Below, piece by piece: positions 41,149 through 51,296 of a DNA stretch of 64,000 bases; positions within the stretch are counted from its first letter, which is position 1, and every line of letters begins with the position of its first letter. Below the pieces are notes generated by a model. It was not told where the DNA came from, searched no databases, and was given only the letters and a program-made list of their open reading frames with translations. The DNA comes from Candidatus Eiseniibacteriota bacterium (GTDB lineage Bacteria; Eisenbacteria; RBG-16-71-46; CAVPCR01). The position numbers and the translations under genes are program-made. The DNA is taken from positions 192,001 through 256,000 of the forward strand of contig CAWGMA010000001.1 of NCBI GenBank assembly GCA_963823555.1, given 5' to 3'.

Positions 41149-44100
41149 ATGAATAAACAACCGCACCCGGGGCGGCGGCTTCCGCCCGCGATGGGAATCC
41201 CCCTCCTCTTCCTCGCACTTGCGCTCGCCAGCGCTGGTCCGGCCGAGGCGCAGTACTTCGGCAAGAACAAGGTCCAGTACGACACGTTCGACTGGCGAAT
41301 CATCGAGACCGAGCACTTCCACGTCTACTTCTATCCGGCCGAGGAAGAAGCCGCCAAGGATGCCGCGCGCATGGCGGAGAGGGCCTACGCGAAGCTCTCG
41401 AAGGTGCTCGATCATGAGGTCAAGCAGCCGATCCCGCTCATCCTGTATGCCTCACACACGGACTTCCAGCAGACCAATGCTCTGTCCGGTCTCATCGATG
41501 AGGGTACGGGCGGGGTCACGGAATTCCTGAAGCGGCGGGTCATCCTGCCCTTCACCGGTTCCTACGGTGAGATGGACCATGTGCTCACCCACGAGCTGGT
41601 GCACGCCTTCCAGGTCGATCTCCTGATGGGGGACAAGAGCCCGCTCTCCGGCCGCATGGGTTACAGCCCGCCGCTGTGGTTCATGGAGGGCATGGCCGAG
41701 TACCTCTCCATCGGCAAGCTCGACAACCACACCGAGATGTGGCTGCGTGACGGGGCTCTCGAGGGCTACCTGACGACTCTCCCCGAGCTCGAGATGACCG
41801 GGGACATCCGGGTCTACCGCTACGGGCAGGCAGTCTTCCAGTACATCGATGAGCACTACGGGACGCAGAAGATCAGCGAGATGCTCAAGAGCGTGGCCCG
41901 CCGCGGCGGTCTCGCGCGCACGGTGCAGTCCTCGCTCGGCTTGTCAGTGGATGATCTCTCCAAGCAGTGGACCGAGGAAATCCGGAAGACCTACCTTCCC
42001 CAGATCGCCGAGTACGAGAAGGCCGAAGCCTACGGATATCAGCTGACCGATCACACCGACGACCTGTCACAGATCAACCTGGCTCCGGCGGTCTCCCCCG
42101 ACGGCAACCTCATGGTCTATGTCTCCGACCGGGGCCTCTTCAACGATGTCTATCTCGCCTCGGCCATCGACGGCAAGCAGATCAGGAAGCTGGTCAACGG
42201 GGAGCGATCGTCGAGTTTCGAGTCGCTCCGGTACCTGTATACCTCTCTGTCCTGGGCACCCAACAACAAGCTCATCGCCCTCGCTGCCAAAGTGGGCGGG
42301 GAAGATGCCGTCTATGTGATCGATGTCGAGACGAAGGACGTCGTGCGCCGGCTCACGTTCGGACTCGACGGCATACTCTCGCCAACGTTCTCCCCCGATG
42401 GAGATCGCATCGCATTCGTCGGGCTCGAGGGCGGCCGCTCCGACCTCTTCATCACGGATCTCGATGGCAACAACGTCCAGCGCTTGACGCAGGATCGATT
42501 TGCCGACCGCGATCCACAGCTGGTCGCCGGACGGGCGATACATTGCCTTCACCACCGATCGTGGCCCGCGCACCAACTTCCGCACGCTCGAGTTCGGGGA
42601 TTTCAAGATCGCCGTTTACGATCTCGACACCGATCAGATCCGGGTCCTGCCCGGCCAGTCGGGGAAGAACATCAGTCCGCAGTGGTCGCCGGACGCCACC
42701 AAGATCGCCTTCGTCTCCGACCGCACGGGCATCTCGAACATCTATATGGTCGATGTGGCGACCGGCGAGGCATTCCAGATCACCAACCTGCTCACGGGCG
42801 CGAGCGGCATCACCGAGAATAGCCCGCCCATCTCCTGGTCGAGCAATGGCAAGCGTCTCCTCCTCACCTGTTTCGAGCGCGGCGGCTGGAACATCTACGC
42901 CATCAAGGATCCGCTCGATCTGCTCAAGGATCGCCAGCCGACTCCACCCGAAGTGATCGCCCAGGTGGACGTACCCCCGGCTCCGCGCCGCCTGGGTGGA
43001 GGGTCCCTCGAGGAAATGGGCGGCGGGGATCTCGAACCGCCCAGGGCCGATGACAGAGCGGTTACAGCGGTGACCATTGCCGGCGACGATCTCCCTTCCA
43101 CGTCGGGCGACCTCGATCCCCAAACGGCGGTGGCCGTGCCGCCGGCCGACGACGCTGCAACCGCCGAGGCGGCGATCCCGTCTGGTGGGGATGGCGAGCG
43201 GGATGAACCGGAGGTGCCCGCGGTGCCCGACGCCGAAGTCGCGGTGGATCCCGGATCCGACGAGATGCTGGCGGCCGGTGCTGAGTCATCCGCGGCGGAT
43301 ACGCTCACCGTAGCGCAGGTGGAGGCAGACGAAGAACAGGAGGAGGAAGAGGTTGCGGTCACGTACCGCCCGCCGGCTCCGGACGGCTCCACCTTCCGCG
43401 TGAAGGACTACAAGGTCTCGTTCTCTCCCGATGTCATCGCCGGGGCCGGAGGATTTGCTCCCGGCATCGGGGTGGCCGGGCAGTTTGCCCTCGGCCTCTC
43501 CGACGTCCTCGGGAACCACAACATCCTGTTCTCGGCGAACGTCTTCGGTGACATCTCGCAGTCTGATTTCTTCCTGACCTATTACAACCTGGAGCACCGC
43601 AGCAACTGGGGCGTCACCCTCTTCCAGTACCGCAACGACTATCTGAGCTTCTATGACAACGCCGTCCTGCGCACCGATCGCGAGGTCTTCCGCGGTGCCG
43701 AGGTCTTCCTGTGGCGGCCCTTCTCCAAGTTCCGCCGCGTCGAGCTGGGTCTCCAGGGCGCCTTCGTCGAGCGGAATGTCGTGAGCTCCGATTTCGAGAG
43801 CGGCACGGGAGTCGCGGGCCTCACCAACGACCGCATCTTCTTCCTCAAACCGCAGCTGGCCTTTGTCACGGATACGGTGCTGTTCGGATCGACGGGGCCG
43901 ATCGCCGGCGCCCGCAACCGCATCGGGGTCTCCCACTCCTTCGGCGACCTGAGCTACACCACGGTGGGCCTTGACCTGCGGCGCTATTTCAACATCCGGC
44001 AGCGTCACACCTTCGCCTTCCGGGTCCTGGGCACATCGTCCTTCGGCCAGACGCCGCAGACATTTGCCATCGGGGGGCCATGGACCGTGCGCGGCTGGCC

Positions 44101-44446
44101 ATTCGAGTCCTTCCGCGGCACCAACATCGGAGTCACGAATGTCGAGTACCGATTCCCGCTGGTCGAGCAGTTCCGATTCGGCTGGCCGGTACCGATCGGA
44201 TTCCGCGGCATCATAGGCGTCCTCTTCTTCGATGCCGGCACCGCCTTCAACCGGCATGATGAATGGCGGCCGTTCGCCGACTCGGGCTCCTTCTTCCGCT
44301 TCGATGATGTCTTCGCCAGCTATGGCTTCGGGGCGCGGATCAATCTCGGGTTCCTCATCCTGCGCTGGGATCTCGCCCAGCGCACCGACCTCGACCGGAG
44401 GATTGGCCGCCCGATCTCGACGCTGACGATCGGCGCTGCCTTCTAG
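41149..44446 (+). pseudogene. Metallopeptidase (HExxH) + TolB/PD40 propeller + Omp85 barrel fusion, frameshifted near 42516-42520 (probably an assembly error)
   Basis: Signal peptide, QYFGKNKVQY, THELVH and WFMEGMAEY, repeated SPDG units, barrel with VRGW, VEYRFP, FFDAG, GFGARIN, terminal F. An extra base in GATCCACAGCTGG splits D-P-x-W-S-P-D-G. Confidence 0.85.
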
Positions 44447-44652
44447 CCAGCCTGCCGCGGGTCTTTCGCCTCATTTCTGCCGGCATCGCCCTGGCTTGCG
44501 GTGCCGGCTTCCTCTTCTTATACTTTGCCGGCCAGTCCGAACGAGCCTCCCGGCGTTTCGGCCGGCGCCATCGCGCGGCCATCCTGGCACTGGGAACGCC
44601 CCCCGCCCCCGTGCGGCGCTCTGCTGCGCCATAGGGAAAGGTCAGGTCGAGA

Positions 44653-45138
44653 TTGAGCGGATCCCATCATGATCCGGCGCATCCGGAGGGGGCTGCCCCA
44701 TCGAGCAGCCGGAACTCCGTCATCGCCCCCAAGGCAGCGGTCACGCGGCGCCTCCACTTCTCCGCTGCGCATCGCTTGTACAACCCCGCCTTCAGTGATG
44801 AGGAAAACTGGGACACTTTCGGCCATTGCAACAACCCGAGAGGACATGGCCACAACTACACGCTTGAAGTCACCGTGAGCGGTCCTATCGATCCGGCAAC
44901 CGGCTTCGTCATCGACCTCGCCCGCCTCAAGCGCGTCATGAACGAAAGAATCGTCGATCGCGTCGATCACAAGCATCTGAATGAAGATGTGGATTTCCTG
45001 CATGGAGTGAATCCGACGGCGGAGAACCTGGCCAGAGTCTTCTGGCGCGAGCTTCGCGACCACATACCGAGCGGCGAGCTCCTGAAGGTTCGTGTCTACG
45101 AGTCGGAACAGAACTACGCCGACTACTGCGGAGACTGA
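44653..45138 (+). CDS. queD: 6-carboxytetrahydropterin / 6-pyruvoyltetrahydropterin synthase
   Basis: [35 protein letters not shown]. Confidence 0.9.
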   Translation: MSGSHHDPAHPEGAAPSSSRNSVIAPKAAVTRRLHFSAAHRLYNPAFSDEENWDTFGHCNNPRGHGHNYTLEVTVSGPIDPATGFVIDLARLKRVMNERIVDRVDHKHLNEDVDFLHGVNPTAENLARVFWRELRDHIPSGELLKVRVYESEQNYADYCGD

Positions 45139-45140
45139 GG

Positions 45141-45893
45141 ATGAAGACAAAGACACCGGCGCGCGGGGCGAGGGGGAGCGGCCAGGTCGCTCCCGCGGGT
45201 CGCGACCACTCGGGGCCGCTGCAGCGCGAGAAGGCCGTGACGGGCGGCGTCCGAGAACGGCGCGCTTACATGGCGGAGGACCTGGGCGCCCACTCTCCGA
45301 TCGGCAATCGGATGGCGACTCAGAACGCCGAGGAGCTGGCGTCGCTGGTCCATCAGCAGCTGGCGCTGATCGGAGAGGACCCAGAGCGCGAGGGTCTGGT
45401 CAAGACGCCTGAGCGAGTGGCGAGGGCACTGGCCTATCTGACCCGTGGCTATGATCAGGATCCCTATGAAGTGCTGGGCGACGCCATGTTCACGGAGCAC
45501 TATGACGAGATGGTCCTGGTCAAGGACATCGATATCTTCAGCCTATGTGAGCATCATCTCCTGCCGTTCTTCGGGCGTTGTCACGTGGCGTACATACCGA
45601 CCCGGCAGATCGCCGGACTGTCCAAGGTGGCGCGACTCGTCGACATCTACGCCCGGCGCCTGCAAGTTCAGGAGCGCATGACCCGGGAGATCGGGCACTG
45701 CGTTCAAGATGTGCTCAAGCCGGAGGGGGTGGGAGTGGTGATCGAGGCGTACCACATGTGCATGATGATGCGGGGGATCGAGAAACAGAACTCGATGGCC
45801 GTGACCAGCTGCATGCTGGGCAGCTTCCGCAAAGATTCCAAGGTGCGGATGGAGTTCCTTGATCTCATCCGTACCCGTCGCCACCCGGTGTAG
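45141..45893 (+). CDS. folE: GTP cyclohydrolase I (start may be 45270 or 45312)
   Basis: [48 protein letters not shown]. Confidence 0.96.
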   Translation: MKTKTPARGARGSGQVAPAGRDHSGPLQREKAVTGGVRERRAYMAEDLGAHSPIGNRMATQNAEELASLVHQQLALIGEDPEREGLVKTPERVARALAYLTRGYDQDPYEVLGDAMFTEHYDEMVLVKDIDIFSLCEHHLLPFFGRCHVAYIPTRQIAGLSKVARLVDIYARRLQVQERMTREIGHCVQDVLKPEGVGVVIEAYHMCMMMRGIEKQNSMAVTSCMLGSFRKDSKVRMEFLDLIRTRRHPV

Positions 45894-45977
45894 CGCCGGT
45901 GCTGGTAGAGAGTGGTCCAGTGGCACCAGGACGCGGGCGGACGTCAGCGATCCGGTGCACGGGGAAGGGGAGGAGCC

Positions 45978-46916
45978 ATGAATCGCAAGGTCACAGTGGT
46001 CGGGTCGGGACATGTTGGAGCGACGCTGTCCCAGCGCATTGCCGACCTCGAACTCGCCGACGTCGTCATCATCGACATCTTGGAGGGAGTCCCGCAAGGC
46101 AAGGGGCTCGACATGCAGCAGGCGGCGCCGATCGTTGCCTCCGACGCCCGCTGCATGGGGACCAACGACTACAAGGACACTGCTGATTCTGACATCGTAG
46201 TCATCACTGCCGGCTTCCCCCGGAAGCCGGGGATGAGCCGCGACGACCTGCTGATCGCCAACGCCGATATCGTGCGTGATGTCACACGTAAGGTGATGCA
46301 GCACTCACGGAATCCAATCATCATCGTCGTGACCAATCCGCTCGATGCCATGTGTCATGTGGCGCTGGAGGAGTCGAAGCTCAAGCCGGAACGGGTCATG
46401 GGCATGGCGGGCATCCTCGACTCCGCCCGGTTCCGCACTTTCATCGCTATGGAGCTCGGAGTCTCGGTTGAGAACACGAGCGCCTTCGTGCTGGGTGGTC
46501 ATGGCGATACCATGGTGCCGCTGCCGCGCTTCTCGACCGTCGCCGGCATCCCGATCACGGAGCTCATGGACAAGCAGACCATCGAGCGTCTTGTGGATCG
46601 GACGCGGAAGGGTGGCGCGGAGATCGTGGCCTTGCTCAAGACCGGAAGCGCCTACTATGCACCGTCCGCCGCTGTGGTGGAGATGATCGACGCCATCCTG
46701 AAGGACAAGAAGAAGATCTTGCCGTGTGCGGCCTATCTTCGCGGCGAATACGGCATCAAGGATCTCTTCGTCGGCGTTCCGGTGAAGCTCGGTACCGCCG
46801 GTGTCGAGCAGGTCATCGAGGTCAAGCTGCTCGAAGATGAGAAGGCGGCCCTCACGAAATCGGCTGGAGCCGTGCGTGAGCTCGTCGAAGTGCTCAAGAG
46901 CCGCGCAGGAGCGTGA
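45978..46916 (+). CDS. mdh: Malate dehydrogenase (LDH-like)
   Basis: [57 protein letters not shown]. Confidence 0.96.
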   Translation: MNRKVTVVGSGHVGATLSQRIADLELADVVIIDILEGVPQGKGLDMQQAAPIVASDARCMGTNDYKDTADSDIVVITAGFPRKPGMSRDDLLIANADIVRDVTRKVMQHSRNPIIIVVTNPLDAMCHVALEESKLKPERVMGMAGILDSARFRTFIAMELGVSVENTSAFVLGGHGDTMVPLPRFSTVAGIPITELMDKQTIERLVDRTRKGGAEIVALLKTGSAYYAPSAAVVEMIDAILKDKKKILPCAAYLRGEYGIKDLFVGVPVKLGTAGVEQVIEVKLLEDEKAALTKSAGAVRELVEVLKSRAGA

Positions 46917-48262
46917 CGCCTTCGCCTGCTCCTGCCTTGTCGGGAGATCGGGCGCCGGTCATCGGCCGGCGTCCGATCTTCGTTCTTGGAATCCTGAGCC
47001 TGGGGTTCTGGGTGGGGCTGGCCCACGCCGGCGATCTGACGACTCGGATCCCGGTCTTTCTCCTCCTCTACGGTATCCTCTTCGCTGCCTACGTTGCCCT
47101 CATCATTCTCTCTCGGGCCGGGGATCGCCTCGCCAGCGGGCATGGTCTCAAGATGGCCATCGCCTTCGCTGCTCTCTTTCGGCTGGCCGCCATCCAAGCA
47201 CCGCCCTCGCTGTCCACGGATCTCTATCGCTATCTGTGGGACGGTCGCGTGATCCTGACGGGGGTGAACCCCTATCGCTATGCTCCCGAGGCGCTGGAGC
47301 TCGCTCCGCTCCGCGACGAGTATCATGCGGCGATCAACAACTCCAACCTGCCCACCATCTATCCCCCCATCGCCCAGTTCGTCTTCGCCGCTACGGCCGC
47401 TGTGTGGCCGCATCCAACGGGTATCAAGGTCGCCATGGCGATCGCCGATCTCATGACCGTCGCCGCGCTGGCTTCACTCCTGGCCGCCCTCCAGCTCCGG
47501 CCGGGACGGCTCATCGTCTATGCCTGGTGCCCGCTTCCCATCCTCGAGTTCGCCGGGATGGGACATGTTGATATCGTCGGAATCCTGTTCCTCGTTTCGG
47601 CCCTGGCGGCCCTCGCTCGAAACCGCTGCGTGCTTGCTCTCGCCGCGCTCGGCCTATCGATCCTCAGCAAGATCTTCCCCGTGATCCTGGTCCCGCTCTT
47701 TCTGGGCCGAACGCCGCCCCGGACCTGGGTGGTACTGGGTGGGGTCCTGGTCCTGAGTGTCCTGCCTTTCCTGGCCCCTGGAGTGGATCCCTCGTACTCC
47801 CTCCGCACCTATGTCGCGACCTGGCGGGGAAACGATGTGCTCTTCGCCGGCCTCCTTCACATCACCGGTCATCCCGCGACAGCCAAGGCCGCAGCATTGG
47901 TTGTGATCGCTTTGGTCGCCCTGGCCTGCCTTCGCCGCGGTGCGGCCATCGAGACGACGGTGCTGGCGATGATGACGGCGACACTGCTGCTGGCGCCGGT
48001 GCTGCATCCCTGGTATGTCACGTGGCTCGTGCCGTTCCTGGCGGTGCGCCCGAATCCGGCTGGCATCGCTTGGACCGGTACCGTTGCCCTCGCCTACCTG
48101 GCCTGGACCCAGTTTCATGAGAGCGGGATCTACACCGTCGAACCCTGGCCCCGAGTCCTCCAGCTCCTGATCCCGCTCGCTGTCGCCGTTGGTTGGCACT
48201 GGCGCGGGATGCGTGGCGAGGCCCAGAAGGGTGGCACCCGACTCGTCGGCGAAGCCGGCTAG
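46913..48262 (+). CDS. GT-C fold membrane glycosyltransferase (GT87/DUF2029-like)
   Basis: [35 protein letters not shown]; many TM helices. Confidence 0.85.
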   Translation: MTPSPAPALSGDRAPVIGRRPIFVLGILSLGFWVGLAHAGDLTTRIPVFLLLYGILFAAYVALIILSRAGDRLASGHGLKMAIAFAALFRLAAIQAPPSLSTDLYRYLWDGRVILTGVNPYRYAPEALELAPLRDEYHAAINNSNLPTIYPPIAQFVFAATAAVWPHPTGIKVAMAIADLMTVAALASLLAALQLRPGRLIVYAWCPLPILEFAGMGHVDIVGILFLVSALAALARNRCVLALAALGLSILSKIFPVILVPLFLGRTPPRTWVVLGGVLVLSVLPFLAPGVDPSYSLRTYVATWRGNDVLFAGLLHITGHPATAKAAALVVIALVALACLRRGAAIETTVLAMMTATLLLAPVLHPWYVTWLVPFLAVRPNPAGIAWTGTVALAYLAWTQFHESGIYTVEPWPRVLQLLIPLAVAVGWHWRGMRGEAQKGGTRLVGEAG

Positions 48263-48265
48263 AAA

Positions 48266-49855
48266 CTAGGCCGCCGCGTTCGCGACCGGAGAAGAGGCTG
48301 GTCGCTTCGCGTGATCGATGCGATGGCCCTCCGCGGTCTGCTCCGCTCGTTCCGGCCGGGCAGGGATTCTCTGCCCGCTCTTGCGGGAGTGGAGGATGGA
48401 AAGAAGACCGATGTAGAGGAACCCGCAGAGATAGAGCATCAGAAAGGGAACGATCGCGAACAAGCTGGTGTGCAGAGCATAGACGATGGCCGCGGCCGTG
48501 TATCCGGCGAGGCCAAGCTCAAGAAGCGAGAGCAGGGAGAATGGAGCGCGGTAGCTCTTGCCTTGCCAGTGTCCCAACCGTTCCACGATGCGGTACTTCG
48601 GCGTGCGTTCGAAGACCCCTGGATCCTTCCGCCAGGCTTCGAAGATCGCCCGCGTGTTGTTGATGGCGATCCCCATGCCACCAGCGACAATGACCGGCAA
48701 GATGATGATCTTCTTTCGCCACTCGGGTGTGATCGCGGCCTGGGCAAAGCCATAGAAGATGGGATGTCCGAAGCTCGCGATCACGAGCCAGGTGAGCAGG
48801 CGGAACACTCTCGCCTGCTCTGGAAACTCGTGGATCACGATGAGGCTGGGGAGCGACGACAAGGCAAGGAGAAGCAGCAACGGGTAGACCAGATGATTGG
48901 TCAAGTGAATGGCGGCTTGCGCCTTGGTGAACAGCGGCAGGCGGGCCCGGAAGACGCGCGGTAGCACCTTGCGGGCTGTTTGCATGGAGCCCTTGGCCCA
49001 GCGGAACTGCTGTCCCTTGAAAGCATTGACCTCACCGGGTAGCTCCGCCGGACACACCAGGTCCGGGAGGAACAGGAAGCGCCAGCCCGCCAGCTGGGCG
49101 CGATAGCTCAAGTCGAGATCCTCGGTCAGCGTGTCGTCCTGCCAGTTCCCTGCATCCTCGATGCACTCCCGGCGCCAGATTCCTGCCGTGCCATTGAAGT
49201 TCATGAAGGCACCAGCCCGGTTGCGCACCGTCTGCTCGATGACGAAGTGTCCATCGAGAGCCACGGCCTGGCCGCGGGTCAGTGTCGAGTACTCGGCATT
49301 GAGATGGCCCCAGCGCGCCTGGACCAGTCCGAGTTTCGGGTCGCCGAAGTGAGGGACGGTCCGTTCGAGGAAATCAGGCGGCGGCACGAAGTCGGCATCG
49401 AAGACGGCGATCAGCTCGCCCTTGGCCAGCTCGAGGCCCGCGCGCAAGGCACCACCCTTGAAGCCGGCGCGATCCTCGCGGCGTACTTGCACGATGTCGA
49501 TGCCCAGGGCGCGATAGCGCGCCACGAGTTCGCGCACGTGAGCGGTGGTTTCATCGGTGGAGTCATCAAGCACCTGCACTTCGAATCGGTCACGTGGATA
49601 GCGCAGGGAACAAACGGATCCGATGAGCCGGTCGATGACGTAGAGTTCGTTGAAGATCGGGAGCTGGACGGTGACATGCGGTGGTTCGTGGGGGAGGGCG
49701 GGCGATCCCGGGTTCCGGTCCCGAACCCGAGAGAAGAGAAGAGTCATCACGTAGGCGTGGATGCCATAGAGGAAGAGCACCGCGGCCAGCGCGGCGTAGC
49801 CCAGCACGTAGATTTGGACCAGCCTCTCAGCATCCAAGGCGTCACCTGCTATCAA
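48266..49855 (-). CDS. GT2 cellulose-synthase-like glycosyltransferase (start possibly 49837)
   Basis: VQLPIFNE, VLDDSTD, FKGGAL, FDADF, TLTEDLD, QQFRW (QxxRW). Confidence 0.92.
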   Translation of the reverse strand: MIAGDALDAERLVQIYVLGYAALAAVLFLYGIHAYVMTLLFSRVRDRNPGSPALPHEPPHVTVQLPIFNELYVIDRLIGSVCSLRYPRDRFEVQVLDDSTDETTAHVRELVARYRALGIDIVQVRREDRAGFKGGALRAGLELAKGELIAVFDADFVPPPDFLERTVPHFGDPKLGLVQARWGHLNAEYSTLTRGQAVALDGHFVIEQTVRNRAGAFMNFNGTAGIWRRECIEDAGNWQDDTLTEDLDLSYRAQLAGWRFLFLPDLVCPAELPGEVNAFKGQQFRWAKGSMQTARKVLPRVFRARLPLFTKAQAAIHLTNHLVYPLLLLLALSSLPSLIVIHEFPEQARVFRLLTWLVIASFGHPIFYGFAQAAITPEWRKKIIILPVIVAGGMGIAINNTRAIFEAWRKDPGVFERTPKYRIVERLGHWQGKSYRAPFSLLSLLELGLAGYTAAAIVYALHTSLFAIVPFLMLYLCGFLYIGLLSILHSRKSGQRIPARPERAEQTAEGHRIDHAKRPASSPVANAAA

Positions 49856-49907
49856 CAGGGACCGCTAATCCGCACCCGCGATCAAAGTCATAAATGATTA
49901 CTTAATA

Positions 49908-50642
49908 ATGAGTTACATGATTATTAGGGCGCAGTCTACAGGCCGTGCTCGAAGCCTGTCAAAGGAAAACCCGGTTCGCCATCGCCCCCTGGGCGCCGTC
50001 CTGGTCGGAGGTCGTAGCCGTCGGATGGGCGAGGACAAGGCGCTCATCGAATGGCTTGGCCGCCCACTGGCGCTCCATGTGGCCGATGTCCTCGACCGGG
50101 TATGCCCGCAGGTCGTTCTTGTGGGCGGCTCCGGGCGCGGATATGAGCGGTTGGGTCGCGCCTGGCTTCCTGATCTGGCCGGTGTCTCTGGCGCAGGCCC
50201 CATGGCTGGACTGATCACCGCTCTCCGCGTCGCGCCCCGCGTGCTCCTCGTCGCCTGCGACCTACCGTTCCTGGAGCCATTCATTCTCGAACGTCTCTTG
50301 ACCGCCGCGGGCCAGGCGCCGGTCGCCATTCCCATGCTTCCGGGACGGCGAATGGATCCGCTGATAGGGATTTACGGGCGTGGGGCGCTGCCTTTGGCGC
50401 TTCGGTCTCTGGCCTCAGGTTCAGGGCGAATGTCCGACCTTATCGGGGTTTCCGGTGCCCGTGTCATCCCGGCGAGTGCTCTGGGATCTGCGGGAGACGT
50501 GGCCCGGGCTCTGACCAACCTCAACCGCCAGCACGACTTGGCGGCAGCCCGGGGCCGTGGTGGTCGGGCAGATGAAGCCCGTCGCCTCCAGCCAGGCCAG
50601 AGCAGAGCCGAAGACTTAAATCCATATGGTGATAGGTATTAG
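49908..50642 (+). CDS. mobA: Molybdenum cofactor guanylyltransferase (start uncertain)
   Basis: VLVGGRSRRMGEDKAL, GPMAG, VACDLPF, TNLN. Confidence 0.85.
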   Translation: MSYMIIRAQSTGRARSLSKENPVRHRPLGAVLVGGRSRRMGEDKALIEWLGRPLALHVADVLDRVCPQVVLVGGSGRGYERLGRAWLPDLAGVSGAGPMAGLITALRVAPRVLLVACDLPFLEPFILERLLTAAGQAPVAIPMLPGRRMDPLIGIYGRGALPLALRSLASGSGRMSDLIGVSGARVIPASALGSAGDVARALTNLNRQHDLAAARGRGGRADEARRLQPGQSRAEDLNPYGDRY

Positions 50643-50697
50643 GGGCTACCCATCAGATCTTCCGAGCCTTTCCACTTCATGAAGACGTGAAAAAAAC

Positions 50698-50749
50698 TTG
50701 GCAAGACGACCGAGGATTCCGTAAACTGCTATTGAGAATCATTCGTAAT
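50698..50749 (+). promoter_or_regulatory. Sigma70 promoter with Fur box
   Basis: TTGGCA-18 bp-TAAACT followed by the AT-rich 9-1-9 inverted repeat ATTGAGAAT-C-ATTCGTAAT (50731-50749), resembling the Fur consensus. Confidence 0.75.
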
Positions 50750-50771
50750 AAGCGCTCGACAGGATCCTCCG

Positions 50772-51296
50772 ATGATGAATCGAAGCCCGATCGGATCCCC
50801 ATCCACCGACCCAGCTGAGCCCCTCGGGACAGGGAAAGAGGCCATTCACTTTCGCGACTTTCTCGCCACCCATGGACTCCGCATGACGCGTGAGAGGGTT
50901 GCCATCCTCGACGCCGTGTTGGCCGCCCGCGATCACTTCGATGTCGAGACCCTCTATGTCGCCCTGCGCCGGCGGGCGTCGCAGGTCTCACGGGCGACGA
51001 TCTATCGCACGCTGGACCTCCTCGTGCAGAGCGGTCTCGTGGATCGGGAGCGGTTCGGCACCGATTCCTTCTGCTACGAGCCGATTCACGGCCGTGAGCA
51101 CCACGACCACATGGTCTGCAATTCGTGTGGTCAAGTGATCGAGTTCTTCTCCGGGGAGATCGAGCGGCAGCAGGATCTGGCCTGCGAGGAGCACGGATTC
51201 ACGCCAGAGACCCACCGTCTGACGATCTTCGGGCGTTGCGCCCGGTGCACCGAGCAGGAACAGGCAGCGCATGGCAGGGCCCGGCGCCATGGCTGA
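50772..51296 (+). CDS. fur: Fur family transcriptional regulator
   Basis: GLRMTRER, HFD, VSRATIYRTL, HHDHMVCNSCG, C-terminal CxxC. Confidence 0.93.
   Translation: MMNRSPIGSPSTDPAEPLGTGKEAIHFRDFLATHGLRMTRERVAILDAVLAARDHFDVETLYVALRRRASQVSRATIYRTLDLLVQSGLVDRERFGTDSFCYEPIHGREHHDHMVCNSCGQVIEFFSGEIERQQDLACEEHGFTPETHRLTIFGRCARCTEQEQAAHGRARRHG

Noticed and set aside
44585..44599. Possible sigma54 promoter TGGCAC-N5-ACGC upstream of queD
   Set aside because: The -12 element lacks TT, and GG-N10-GC is common by chance at this GC content.
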